Positions 10,389 to 23,288 of a stretch of DNA of 64,000 nucleotides are shown here, in pieces (the first letter of the stretch is position 1; each line of letters opens with the position of its first letter). The notes beneath the pieces are model-generated. The model made no database searches. It was not told the origin of the DNA and saw only the letters and a list, made by a program, of their open reading frames with translations. A program made the translations under genes and the position numbers. Source of the stretch: Phyllobates terribilis (taxonomy: Eukaryota). Where the stretch lies: assembly GCF_046119375.1 (NCBI RefSeq), contig NW_027362768.1, forward strand, positions 328,042,001 through 328,106,000, in the 5' to 3' direction.

Positions 10389-11484
10389 TGCATTCATGTA
10401 CTGCCGGTGTTTCTGGCGCTGCATTCATGTACTGCCAGTGTTTCTGGCGCTGCATTCATGTACTGCCAGTGTTTCTGGCGCTGCATTCATGTACTGCCAG
10501 TGTTTCTGGCGCTGCATTCATGTACTGCCAGTGTTTCTGGCGCTGCATTCATGTACTGCCAGTGTTTCTGGCGCTGCATTCATGTACTGCCAGTGTTTCT
10601 GGCGCTGCATTCATGTACTGCCAGTGTTTCTGGCGCTGCATTCATGTACTGCCAGTGTTTCTGGCGCTGCATTCATGTACTGCCAGTGTTTCTGGCGCTG
10701 CATTCATGTACTGCCAGTGTTTCTGGCGCTGCATTCATGTACTGCCAGTGTTTCTGGCGCTGCATTCATGTACTGCCAGTGTTTCTGGCGCTGCATTCAT
10801 GTACTGCCAGTGTTTCTGGCGCTGCATTCATGTACTGCCAGTGTTTCTGGCGCTGCATTCATGTACTGCCAGTGTTTCTGGCGCTGCATTCATGTACTGC
10901 CAGTGTTTCTGGCGCTGCATTCATGTACTGCCAGTGTTTCTGGCGCTGCATTCATGTACTGCCAGTGTTTCTGGCGCTGCATTCATGTACTGCCAGTGTT
11001 TCTGGCGCTGCATTCATGTACTGCCAGTGTTTCTGGCGCTGCATTCATGTACTGCCAGTGTTTCTGGCGCTGCATTCATGTACTGCCAGTGTTTCTGGCG
11101 CTGCATTCATGTACTGCCAGTGTTTCTGGCGCTGCATTCATGTACTGCCAGTGTTTCTGGCGCTGCATTCATGTACTGCCAGTGTTTCTGGCGCTGCATT
11201 CATGTACTGCCAGTGTTTCTGGCGCTGCATTCATGTACTGCCAGTGTTTCTGGCGCTGCATTCATGTACTGCCAGTGTTTCTGGCGCTGCATTCATGTAC
11301 TGCCAGTGTTTCTGGCGCTGCATTCATGTACTGCCAGTGTTTCTGGCGCTGCATTCATGTACTGCCAGTGTTTCTGGCGCTGCATTCATGTACTGCCAGT
11401 GTTTCTGGCGCTGCATTCATGTACTGCCAGTGTTTCTGGCGCTGCATTCATGTACTGCCAGTGTTTCTGGCGCTGCATTCATGT
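10389..11484. repeat. 31-bp tandem array, about 35 near-identical copies
   Basis: Unit TGCATTCATGTACTGCCAGTGTTTCTGGCGC; produces the 31-aa-periodic ORFs in all three + frames. Confidence 0.97.
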
Positions 11485-11990
11485 AGCAATCCATAACGTG
11501 TTTCATGGCTGCGTTAAAACTTAAAGTGTCAAAACTTAGAGATTATGAGGAGAATTTGGAGTGTTTATTTTTATTTTAGAAGAACTCTCCAAATCATACT
11601 CAAAATGTGGTTTTGGTGATGTATTAATGCACTGATGGGGGCTCTGGTCATGTATTCATGCAACCACCCCTTTTAAAAAAAATTTGCAGCCCTTGGGAAT
11701 AGTGCAGTGTGGACCTTGGACCAAAAAAAATGTTGTGTAGCCCTGTTCTAAGGCCTATACAGCCAGACCACTAGCTTTGTAAAATTGTCATGACAATTTT
11801 AAGCGTGTTAACTTGGAAGCAGCTGGGTAGCAGTTACAACATATGGACGGCAGGGAGTACTCTTAAAACAGTCAAAGTGAAATTAATAGTGGGATAAAGT
11901 CATATCTACATAAGTGATATTCCTTGGAGAACTTTAGAGCACATTATTATAATATATACAATTACCAATCGTCATGATTAAACCATTTAC

Positions 11991-12082
11991 CTCGCAATCG
12001 ATTCCCTCCTTGGACAGCACGTTGGCAGCCTCTAAACAATGTCCCACAGATCGTGAATGGGAGACTAGAGTAATCTGATTAC
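11991..12082 (-). CDS. PDHB: PDHB exon 8
   Basis: 92 nt, (G)[30 protein letters not shown]; AG/GT flanks. Confidence 0.96.
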
Positions 12083-12741
12083 CTGTATGGGGAAAGAGGA
12101 GTAAGGTTACTCATTATACATGTTCATAAAACCTAAACCGCAAAAGTCTAAATGAGGGAAGAGTCAGAAATATTACTTTGTGTTGGGACAATCAAAATAG
12201 TATCTGAAGTCTAAAGGCAGAAAAGATCGAAACGGAGCTCCACATGAGCCATATCCATCTGCTCCTCTGTAAGGCCACGGCTCCACTATCAGTATTTTTT
12301 CTCAGGAGTGGGAGCCAAAACCAGGTGAGGAACAATCAGAGAAAAAGTATAATAGAAACAAGTCACTAATTCTGCATTTATCACCCACTCCTGGTTTTGG
12401 CTCCCACTCCTGAGAAAAAAATACTGATCCGATAGTGGGGCCGTGACCTTAAGGTCCTCATACACGTTAGATAAGTCGACTAAACCCGGCGTTTTCAGTG
12501 GGATTATCTGACCAGAGAAGGATCCAACTGTTTGAGTTTCAACACTTGATCCTCTTATTCGGCGGTGAGATAAGCAGCTGCCAGAGGAACTTGGCAGCGG
12601 CTGTCTCATAGATGACACAAATGCTCAGTCGATCCAGGCATTCCTGTGTATGGGGGTCTCAGGGGAGACAGCTGATGTGTATGGACCGCTTTAGTTTTTC
12701 ATGAACATAAGGTAAAGACATGAAACACAATATGATCTTAC

Positions 12742-12852
12742 CTTGTCGCTCTATCTTTGCCTTTCCAATAGGAATAACAAAGTCTTTAGACTGAACTTCA
12801 TCAGATAGTTCAAAGGGGACGCCGTACATCAGCTCGTTCTCCAGTACAACCA
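12742..12852 (-). CDS. PDHB: PDHB exon 7
   Basis: 111 nt, (V)[36 protein letters not shown]; AG/GT flanks. Confidence 0.96.
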
Positions 12853-12928
12853 CTGAAAGTTATAGGAACGGGTCAGCATGGAAACAATACAAAACAGCAG
12901 AATAATGGCAGATTGTTAGAAAACTCGC

Positions 12929-13214
12929 CTGGGTTATTATCTCGGATGGCAGCTTTCATAAGACCTCTAGCGTCCTCAGCGTTCCAGGGGCTCACCACCT
13001 TCAGTCCAGGGCAGTGTCCGTACCAGGCCGCAAAGCATTGGGAGTGCTGGGCCGCGACACCAGCCGATGCGCCATTGGGCCCCCGGAACACGATGGGGAC
13101 AGGCACCAGGCCCGCCGACATGTAATAGGTCTTAGCAGCAGAGTTAATGACTTGATCGATGGCTTGCATGGAGAAGTTGAAAGTCATGAACTCACAGATT
13201 GGCCTCAACCCGGC
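12929..13214 (-). CDS. PDHB: PDHB exon 6 (GC donor at its 3' end)
   Basis: 286 nt, [35 protein letters not shown]...AAIRDNNP; donor reads CAG/GCGAGT. Confidence 0.96.
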
Positions 13215-13293
13215 CTGTTATACATAGAATATTAATTATATATACACATACACGGTCATGTACAGTATGTTGGCACAAAGGTCATCCACTTAC

Positions 13294-13329
13294 CATAGCA
13301 GCACCAACAGCAATCCCAGCAAATCCCAT
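13294..13329 (-). CDS. PDHB: PDHB exon 5
   Basis: 36 nt, MGFAGIAVGAAM; AG and GTAAGT flanks. Confidence 0.95.
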
Positions 13330-14565
13330 CTAAACATGGTGAAAAAAAATTATACATTTTATCAGCCCTTTTCAATCAATCAATCTTAACACAACACATT
13401 AAGGACAAAAATTGTTTTTAGAACAAGAGAAATCATTAAAATATTATTATCGTCATAATCATCAGGCAGAGAAGAGTAGGATCTGCATTTACCTGTCCTT
13501 TCACCCAAAACCAGAGTAAAAGCACAGTCTTGCTCCTCTTATGCCCCCTCAACCAATTGACCCATAAAAGGATATTCCAATTTATTTATTTTTTCTCCCC
13601 TTCTTCCAAGAGCCATAACTTTTTTATTTTTCTGTCAATATACCCACCTGAGGGCTTGTTTTCTTGAGGGACGAGTTGTACTTTTGTATGACACCATTTA
13701 TTTTTATTATCATGTGATGCACTGGAGAGCGGGGAAAAAACTCCAAGTGCGTTGAAATTGCAAAAAAAAAAAAAAAGTGCAATTTCACAATAGTTTCTTT
13801 TCTTCTTATTTATTTACAATGTTCACTATACGGTAAAACAGACCTGGCAATAGGGTTCTCCAGGTCAGTACGAGTACGCAGATACCAAACATTGTGTTTT
13901 ATTTCCCCCCATTTAATTAATTGGTTAAAAAAAAAAAACACACCTATTGGAAATTTATGAAAAAAAAATAATTTTTGTTCATAATTTCCAAGATTTGTAA
14001 TGTTTTTGTTTTTTTGGGATCTGTGGATGGGTAAAGGCCTATTTTTGGTGCCCTGAGCTGACATTTTTTATTGGTACCATTTTGGGGTAGATAAGAGGTT
14101 TTGATTGCCTCACAGAGGTCAAATATGTCCAAGAACGGGCCCTGATTTTCTCTAAAAATTGTCACTCAATTCCTATTGGCCGGTTCCTTCTATCAGCACT
14201 ATAGGAGCTGGAACGTCCTTTCCCCTCACTTCCCAGCATGCACTGCACTTGCCATTATCCAATATCTTGCATTCCCTAAACTCAAAGCCCACCTCTCCTC
14301 AGTATGCAGTTCAACAGGTCAGGAGAGCAGGAGCAGAGGCACAAAGCCCCGACCCTCCCTCTCCCTGTAATCCTGGCGTCTCTGCTGCTAGAGACGGATT
14401 ACACTTGACAGCAGGTTACACAATAGGGAGACACTTATCGACCAGCACAATGTGATTTGCTTAAACTGAAAACATCACTTTGGGTCTTTGCACATCATAA
14501 GGGCGTACGTTTATAGAAATGACAGGCACCATCAAGTCTCCGGAGTGCACACGTTAAAAGTGTAA

Positions 14566-15529
14566 GGCTATGTGCCCACGATGCAGAAATGCTCCGGATT
14601 TTTCCTGAGCGTTTCTGCATCTCCCTGGCAGAAAAAACGCATGTGGATTGTACATGTGGATTGTACATGAGTTTTTCATGCCAGGGACATGTGGATGTGA
14701 AGCGTTCTTCACTTGCATTTCCACTTGCGGGTTGACAAGCGCTTTCCAAGCGATTTTAGCATCACTTGGAAAGTGCTTGACAACTTGGTCACACTATATA
14801 AATCCATGCAAACGGCATATATAGTGTGACCGAGAGAATGTCAAAAAATAAAAAATAAATCTATACTTACCTTCCGATGGCCCCCGCAGTCTTGCTTCAC
14901 CGTCCCGGCTGCCGGCAGATCGCGTTACACTGAAGGACCTGCTGACGTCAGCGTCGCGTGACCCGTCACATGACTATGACGTCAGCGCAGGTCCTTCAGT
15001 TCATCGCGAACTGCCGGCATGCGAGGAGGAGCACATCGGAGGCCGCCAGAAGGTAAGTATATATTTATTTATTTATTTATTTTTTTTTACAGTTTTCTAT
15101 GGTACCCGAGTCCGGAGGAGAGTCTCCTCTTCTCTAGACCTGGGTACCATCCGCACATTGGAACGCATGGATTGCGCATCTACATATACAGTGATGCGTA
15201 ATCCATGCGGTTTAATGCAAGTCAATGGCGGCGAAAACGCAGCACTTCCGCAAAATAATTTGGTAGTGCTGCGTTTTTTTCCGCAATGATAATCCTCAGC
15301 GGACATTTCCGCAGCATGTGCACAGCACATGCGGATCATCATTTGGGGACATGGCAGGCCTTCTACCAAGCGTTTTTTAAGCGTTTCTACAGCGTTTTTG
15401 CAGCTGCGGAAAAGCTTAAAAAACGCATCGTGGGCACACAGCCCAGTTGGCTCACACGTAACTTTATGTAAATGTGGATAATTCTTGCAGAAAATATCTG
15501 CAACTAACCTGCCGAATGTGAACATACCC
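14566..15529. mobile_element. Harbinger-type non-autonomous element with internal hairpins
   Basis: TAA-GGCTATGTGCCCAC...GTGAACATACCC-TTA termini; internal hairpin ACTGAAGGACCTG...CAGGTCCTTCAGT at about 14929-15000. Confidence 0.65.
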
Positions 15530-15779
15530 TTATAGGAGGTTCATTAAAGTAAATCTTTACTCCAGGCAATATTAGGGTATATTCTCACACACACTAGATT
15601 TGTGTTTGCAGCAATTTCAGTCTTGCGTCTGGAAACTTAAGACAATTCCACGCAAATCAGAAGTTTCCTATAAATGCAGGTACATTCTTAATGATAATTC
15701 ATCGAGCACTTATATTTTTGGGGTTCAGAGACAACCAATGTCTGATGACATTGCTTCCATCGTCATAGAAGCCGCATAC

Positions 15780-15842
15780 CTCCGATATAGGGGTGTCCAT
15801 GATCCTTTTATCGCCGTACTTTTTCCAAAGACCTCTGCTGAT
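15780..15842 (-). CDS. PDHB: PDHB exon 4
   Basis: 63 nt, [21 protein letters not shown]; AG/GT flanks. Confidence 0.96.
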
Positions 15843-16701
15843 CTGAAAAACAGATATGGGAGAAACAGTCAGAAACGGACGAAGCAGCATGACAACAAGA
15901 CAAGAGCCGGCTTCATGGCTCCTAGTCTATAGGAGAGTTTGTCGTGTCACACCGGTCCATAACCAATGATTTGTTGGGCATCCCCCAACATTGTGAAATG
16001 GCCTCAATCTTTACGCATGGTCACAAAGACCCATCCACCACACACACCAACATAGACAAATCTTCAATAGTTTCCTTCCCTACTTTTTCTTAGATCTCTG
16101 CAGTGTGCTGTTCTTCTGTTATACCTCCTGATCATAGTGTCCAAAAATACTGAGGACACTAAGAATTGTGTTGGCCGGGCAAAAATAATATTTCTCCATG
16201 GTCTTGGAGATGTAAAAAAAAAAAAAATTTATTTTAGGTACCTTTCTGCAAGTCATCTTTTAGTGTGTGTGCGTAATGTAAAATTACATACATACATATT
16301 CAGAGGAACATATGAAACATTGTCCGTTTTCAGATCTGAATTTCTATTATTGGCAACTCAAATAAAATAAGAACAAAAAAAAAAAAAAAGGTAACAATAA
16401 TAATATATTTTAAGAAGGCCCAACTCAGTTTCCCAAGTAATCTTTGACACTGCCCTGCCAATCTCTTTATACATACCCATTGAGTTCTGTGGACAAGTCT
16501 CAACCTCAAAAAAAATTAAATAGGGTATGTGACTTCTCGGGAGAGGAGTGCTGCTTAGGATGCAACATCGTACTCCAAAATTGCATTATGCTTGATATGT
16601 GTAGAAAAATGCACATGTGAACTAACGTTTTCGCTTAAATGGCTCCTTGTGCTATCCATTTTGCACACGGACAGACACAAATTGAACACGTGGTGGTCTT
16701 A

Positions 16702-17198
16702 GGGCTCTTTCAAACGTCAGTATCTCTGATACAAGTGGTGTCCATTTCCCTACGTACTGGAGACACTGACACACGCAAACCCATTCAAATGAATGGCTCT
16801 GTGTTCACCTCAGTGTGTTTCTACGGACCGTGTGTCCGTGTGCTCCACACGGAGACAAGTCCATTTTTTTTGTGGATACACGGTCCACAAAACATATCAC
16901 ACGGATGACATCCGTGTGTCTTCAGTGTGACATGGACCAGCGCCTGGGAATCAGCGCTACAGTTGTTCCCAAGTGCCGGGTACTGAACACTGCCCTCATC
17001 ATGGTTCCCTGCCGGCGCTGCGGTCAGCACCAGCAGGGATCAATGATGAAGGCAGTGTTCAGGAACAGCGCTACCTATAGCGCTGTTTGCCAGGCGCTGT
17101 TAAGTATGATCCTGATGCGGCACACGGTTGCCACACACTCGGACATACGGGACACACATATCTCCGGCACCAGAAATATGCGGACGTGTGAAACCGGC
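16702..17198. mobile_element. Harbinger-type palindromic MITE
   Basis: GGGCTCTTTCAAACGTC...GACGTGTGAAACCGGCC flanked by TTA/TTA; self-complementary interior. Confidence 0.6.
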
Positions 17199-17380
17199 CT
17201 TATATTGTGTAGGTCCTCCTTGAGCAGCCAGTTCCGCGCTGACCAAATGAGGCAAGGAGTCCACAAAACCTCTATAGGTCTCCTGTTGTATCTGGCACCG
17301 AGATGTCAGCAGCAGATTCTTTAAAATGACTGTTCAAACCAATCACAGGAACTCAGTGCACCCTTGGTGTGGCCGAGCAG

Positions 17381-17679
17381 CAGGGCTGTGGAGTCAGTAA
17401 GCCAAACCTCCGACTCCTCAATTTCCATGACTCCGACTCCCTCATACATGGCTCATGTTTAAGTGATAAATCTACTGTAGCACAGATTAATCTCAGCTAA
17501 AATCTCTAGACCCTTAGATCAGAAATAGGACATTTCATAACTTTCCCAAATTCTTACGAAAAAATATTCCCCACAAACTGCATTGAACTACTGTACTCAA
17601 TTTATTATATATTTTAGGAGTCGGTCCATTTTATACCGACTCCACCAAAATGGGCTCCAGCTCCGACTCCACAGCCCTG
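17381..17679. mobile_element. hAT-family MITE
   Basis: TIR CAGGGCTGTGGAGTC...GACTCCACAGCCCTG; 8-bp TSD CCGAGCAG/CCGAGTAG (7 of 8). Confidence 0.85.
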
Positions 17680-18302
17680 CCGAGTAGTTCAGTGCACCTT
17701 CCCACCTACTTGTTTTCCATCCATCTCTGCCTCCCTCTCCCTTGACTGACAGCTCTGGCTTTGCAATGAGGAAGGACATAGATGGAAAACAGGTAGGTGG
17801 GACGATGCACCGAGCTTTGCAATTTGGCTAATCACTGCCTCAAACGCCTGTGCTTGATTTCGTACAGTCAATTGGTGCTGACAGACTCCCTGTTCAAGTT
17901 GCAAAGTTGGGACTCCAAGAATAGGACTTACAAGACAATCAGTCAGGAGTAGTCGTGACCTAGAGACTACGTCATCCTCCAATAAAAGATTGTCAGCCTT
18001 CATCACACCACAGAAGTGCAGCCTGTTCACACTGAAAGCGTTGGACTCTGAATCTGCTGCTGGCTTGTAGAAGTCAATATGTCTCAATAACATTGTGTGT
18101 TAGTTATAAGGAGACATATCCTCATACAATATGGTACACATCGATTCACAGGACCCAGTACATCACCACCTTGGTGATCTGTGGCCGCTCACATATGAGA
18201 CACAAGGCAACGATGAACCGTCGATGTCAGAAGGAAGGAGACGATTCTCAGGGCTCCCATCCAGCAGTCAGAGATTACGGACTTGACCACTGCACTGGGT
18301 CA

Positions 18303-18458
<156 letters not shown>

Positions 18459-18799
18459 CTACAACAGCAAGAAAAAATAAATAAATTAAAAAAAAAAATG
18501 AATGGTGATTTACTGAGCACCAAAACACTGATACAAGCCTTACACCGGGCACCACTTTGTGCCTCGTGTGACATTCTGCATGATCTAGTGGAGCGCGGGC
18601 AAAACATCATGGGAAAGAGGAGCGGTGGAGACTCACAACTGTGCTCCAAAACTACACCGAAACCCATCACACCCAGATCGGCTGCAGATTTTCCACACTG
18701 CGTTTTTTTGTAGCTTTATCTTAATGCATTTTTTCTTGCCCAAAAAACAATGTAGTCAGATTTTACATGAAAGATATATATTTTTTTTGCTTTGGTGGC

Positions 18800-20260
18800 T
18801 TTCTTTTGGGTCATAAAGTTTGATGGTGGAACCAGTCGTACGGCCATTTCTCCAAAGTGTCCCAGGAGCTGTTTTCCAACATCACAACTCCAGGCTACAT
18901 GTTCCTCGTGCTACTGTGAGCAGCCTGTCTGGCCTAAATGTAAATATGCTACCATGGTCTGCAGCCTCTCCAGACTTGTCTCCCATCACAAAGTCAATAG
19001 AAGCACCTTCTTTTAGATACATGTGCACACAATCAGAAATTTTGTAGGATTCTAATCAGGTGTGTGAGTAACCAATTATACCAAAAACGTGATAATTGTC
19101 ATTTTCATATGTAGGCTCCAAAACATTAAAGGGAAACAGAAACAGCTGTGATGGAGGCATAAAACTGGATGAACCTCTGATGAGGTTGTGGAAAAGTTTC
19201 ACGTCACAGACTGAGCACAGCAACAAGACACTAGGAAGTTATACTTCATCAAGGTAAAGATTTCAAAGCAGACTGAGTGCTCAACGAACGTGCTCGGATA
19301 AGGTGTTATCAGAGCACGCTCCGCTGCCGAGTAGCTTCGGAGTGCTCGAATACTATGAGTTGCCGCAGCTGGTAAACAGCCGCAACACATGCAGGGATAA
19401 CCTGTTTGTTAGGCAATCCATGCATGTGGTGCAGCTGTCTAACAACTGAAGACTCGAACATAGTATTCGAGCACGCAAAAGACACTGTTAGCACCCGAAC
19501 GTGCAAGGATAACACCTTATCCGAGCATGTTCGCTCAACACTATTCTTTGACCCTTTTTGAAAAGGCACCAAGAAATGGGCAACGTTGAGGACTGAAGAC
19601 ACAGTGGTCGGCCAAGGAAACTTAGTGCAGCAACTGAAAAACACATCATGCTTACATCCTATATGTCCAGCAGTACCATCGGCTCAGAACTGGAAGCAAC
19701 ACCAGTGGGACCCGGCTACACCAATCTTCAGAGGAGAAGTTTGACCAGAAATGGTCTTCATGCAGTGGTGAAACTGGAGTCCAATGGGCCCTGGCACAAA
19801 ATTTGAACCTAGGCTCCCAACATGCAAGTTGGTCAGATGTATGGGCCCTTGTAGCGTCCTAGATCCTATAAAGACATAGGTGTTTGCTCCCCATGTAATA
19901 ATCTCCCTGATCCTGACCCCTTCTGGGCCCCATACAGTAACACCCCATACCTGTTTTGCAGCTCTTCTCCAACACATTTAAAAAATAAAGGATTCTTCTC
20001 ACCTTCCTCTACTCCAATGACGTGCGGTATCTTCTACCACACTGCCATGCGCAGCCTATGACGGGCACGCCAACGTCACCTGCTGGCCTCTAATTGGCCT
20101 GCAGCGTGTATGGCAGTGCAGGGAGCCGGAGAGTGCGTCCTCAGATTAATGGTGCCCTCAATGCTGAGAAATACAGGCAGATACTTATCCATCATGGGCT
20201 ACCATAAGGAAGGCGCCTGATTGGCTGCAAATTTATCCTGCAGTAGGACAACGAACGTCA
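18800..20260 (+). mobile_element. Cluster of decayed Tc1/mariner transposase fragments, interrupted by a palindromic MITE (about 19270-19542)
   Basis: 18820-19047 reads VVRPFLQSVPGAVFQHHNSRLHV...LPWSAASPDLSPI (decayed DDE region); about 20150-20260 resembles INGxLNAEKYRQILIHH...FILQ; N-terminal-like DNA at 19100-19770. Confidence 0.6.
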
Positions 20261-21314
20261 TTGCCGTTGGGCGCGTGATCACTGGCTCCCATCAGTCCTC
20301 CACCACACGATAGTGAAAACCTGATGGGTTATCGAGGCAGCTGGGGCCTGATGAAGGCCCCAATAACTGACATCTTGGTACTCCTAGGCAGCACAGCCAC
20401 AGGCAGGCCTCCATAGGGGAGGAGTGATTTCACCATATCCTGCAATGCTGTTGAATGGCAGCAGATAATATAAGCAATCAAATCGCAGTTCAAGTACCCG
20501 AGGGGAATAAGAAAAGAAAAAACAAGAAGAAAAACATTCTGAATTATAAAAAAAGATTACCGTACCTTCTCAAAAATTAAAAAAATAAAATAAATAAAGT
20601 ATTTTAGTATAGTCATGTCCAAGAGTCCAATGAAAAATGTAGTCCGTACGTTAAAGTGAAGAAAAAAAACAAAAAACACAAGTCTGAACGCCAGAATTTT
20701 TATTTTTTTGATTTGCCGCATTTCCAAATAAAAAATTAAAACCGCATATATGCTCCAAAAGGGTATCAATAAAAACATCAGCTCATAGCGCAAAACAACA
20801 AGCTCTCACCCAGTTTTGTTGCTGAAAAAAAAAAAAAAATAAATAAAAAAAATACGGGTTTCAGAAAATAGCGACACAAAATTAACAAATTTCAAAGTTT
20901 TTTAAAAAAAAACTACACAAGTTTGGTAACGCCACGCTCACCCCGACCTGGAGAATCTGGATTCACAGTCAAGGTCACCGCTGCACAGGAAATAAGAAAC
21001 GGCACTCGGGGAAATAATAAAACACCCAGGTATGACGAGGTGCTGGATGAGACATTCAACTGGCGGGTAATGTATCCTGAATCAACTGGACGAATTTAGC
21101 ACACAGCACTTTGTCTCTGGGACAAGGGAGTATAAAGGACTTTTGTATCAGCGATTATATGGTATTTTCATTTTTCTGAGTTTATATTGGATAAATGAAG
21201 CACACAGGCCTTTCTTTCTCTCTGGGTCAGGGAAGAACTCAGCACTTTTTTGTTACTGACCATTTGGGAAATTAAACTTGGCCATTTATTCTAATTAATT
21301 GTGTGCTGGTATAA

Positions 21315-21575
21315 CAGCTCGGTGGCTCAGTAGTTAGCACTGTAGCCTTGCAGCACTGGGGTCCTGGGTTCAAATCCCACCAAGGACAACATCTGCAAGG
21401 AGTCTGTATGTTCTCCCCGTGTTTGCGTGGGGTACCTCTGGGTTCTCTGGTTTCCTCCCACACTCCAAACACATACTGATAGGGAATGTAGATTGTGAGC
21501 CCCAATGGGGACAGTGATGATAATGTATGTAAAGCGCTGTGGAATTAATGGCGCTATATAAGTGAGTAAAATAAA
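21315..21575 (+). mobile_element. tRNA-derived SINE (V-SINE-like)
   Basis: A box GGTGGCTCAGTAGTTAGC (21321), B box GGTTCAAATCC, central GGTTTCCTCCCACA, tail ...GTAAAGCGCTG...GCGCTATATAAGT and A-rich end. Confidence 0.8.
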
Positions 21576-22100
21576 CAAATAACAGAATAGTAGACAGTTG
21601 GTTTATATGCTGCTATCATGGATTACTACAATAATTGTCACCATTTGATCCACTTTAGAAGTAATTAAAGACGCTGCGTGTGACAATACCATCTACAGAT
21701 ATATTTATATTAAGTCTCAGAGCAATACCCTAATTACAGTCTATTTCCTTGTACTACAACAGTCTTAGTTGTGTTACCGTATTATTGTTTTTTGATTTAT
21801 TACTAGATTTGCTTCTGTAGACACTGCAGTTCCAGTTGTGTGCTTTGCGTAATACAGTGTTAACTATTATATGGGATACATTCCCCACCACCTTACATGG
21901 TATCTTGGGATTGCTGTATATTGATATATCTGTTTATTTATCTGTCAGATTTTAAAGGCATCTGTGCAATATAGATCTATACTAAGGGTGAGGGGGCAAT
22001 ACTGAAGGGGCTACACTGGGGGGCAGCACGCACACGGACATACAGGATCCACAGTCACACCTGCACCAGTCACTGTCAGTCAGGGCAGGGGGCTCCTCAC

Positions 22101-22160
22101 CTGGAGGGCGGCGGGGGAGCTCCTGTGGAATTCTCTCCTTAGGATCACGGCTACATGGCT
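22101..22160 (-). CDS. PDHB: PDHB exon 2 (mitochondrial transit peptide)
   Basis: 60 nt, SHVAVILRREFHRSSPAALQ; CAG acceptor and GTGAG donor. Confidence 0.9.
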
Positions 22161-22227
22161 CTGTGGAGACACGGAGAGCGTTAATACCCGTCACACCCAG
22201 CCCCCCACATCCCTGCTCCCTCCTCAC

Positions 22228-22263
22228 CTTCCCCTCACAGAGTAGTCTCCTCAGCGCCGCCAT
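22228..22263 (-). CDS. PDHB: PDHB exon 1 (start codon)
   Basis: AAG-ATG-GCG context, MAALRRLLCEGK, donor GTGAGG; total CDS 1083 nt keeps frame to the stop at 8225. Confidence 0.9.
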
Positions 22264-22289
22264 CTTTCCTCTGCCCTCTGACAAGACGT

Positions 22290-22520
22290 CGCCCTTCGCC
22301 TGAGACCTCCAATCAGAGCACGGTAATGACCGTCTCTTCGTCAGGTGACCACATTAGACCAATCAGAAGTCAGAAAGGGTACAACGCCTCTATCGTGCCT
22401 TCGCTTTAGTTATGGGGGCGTGGAGAAAAGAAATGGTTGCCATGCAGCGTCCAATCACAGCGCAGGAATAGAAAAAAAAAAAGTGTACGGGAAGCAAAGA
22501 GGAGCATTTGTATCATTCTC
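22290..22520. promoter_or_regulatory. PDHB promoter with three CCAAT boxes, possibly bidirectional with KCTD6
   Basis: CCAATC at 22309, 22359 and 22451 in a locally CpG-richer segment just upstream of the PDHB ATG. Confidence 0.6.
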
Positions 22521-22646
22521 CCGGATCTGTAGGAGGAGTCGCAGTCTGGCACACAGGCCTCGGATTTACTCCTGTACACACCGGGGAGATCGCAGAGCTG
22601 AGGATCTCCCTGCTGGGATCACACCACCCCCGGCAGACAGCATCAG
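22520..22646 (+). other. Candidate non-coding first exon of KCTD6 (5' boundary approximate)
   Basis: Strong donor CAG/GTGAGG at 22646/22647, facing away from PDHB; no upstream acceptor seen. Confidence 0.4.
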
Positions 22647-22899
22647 GTGAGGGCGGGGATGTGAGGCCTGGGTGGCAGGCGGGATGGGCTCCGATCGTCT
22701 CTTTCTATCATTGTGGCTGCAGACTGTCACCTCCTAGTGGAGACACATCTGCCTGTTATACATCATCTCACCATAATCCAGATGATGCTTCCGATCGTTA
22801 TGATCGTACCGATCTGCAAGATTATTTTTGTACAATGGCTATATATATATATATATATCTGCTGCACATAGAGCAGCGATCTGATCTGTCCTCCTGGAA

Positions 22900-23288
22900 T
22901 ACACTGTACCCCAGAGCGGCACTCACTAATCTGCTGGTGCAGTCGCTGTGTACATACATTACATTATTGATCCTGAGTTACATCCTGTATTATACTCCAG
23001 AGCTGCACTCACTATTCTGCTGGTGCAGTCACTGTGTACATACATTACATTATTGATCCTGAGTTACATCCTGTATTATACTCCAGAGCTGCACTCACTA
23101 TTCTGCTGGTGCAGTCACTGTGTACATACATTACATTATTGATCCTGAGTTACATCCTGTATTATACTCCAGAGCTGCACTCACTATTCTGCTGGTGCAG
23201 TCACTGTGTGCATACATTACATTACTGATCCTGTATTATACTCCAGAGCTGCACTCACTATTCTGCTGGTGCAGTCACTGTGTACATA
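22900..23288. repeat. 86-bp minisatellite, left part (split by CR1)
   Basis: Unit ...TACATACATTACATTATTGATCCTGAGTTACATCCTGTATTATACTCCAGAGCTGCACTCACTATTCTGCTGGTGCAGTCACTGTG; period 86 (22951 to 23037). Confidence 0.92.

Noticed and set aside
10381-11524. Three long ORFs (359-378 aa)
   Set aside because: Translations of a stop-free 31-bp tandem repeat inside a PDHB intron; not a gene and not a CRISPR array (no spacers, no cas genes)
20343-20361. GGGGCCTGATGAAGGCCCC
   Set aside because: Simple hairpin around CTGATGA with no GAAA or stem III
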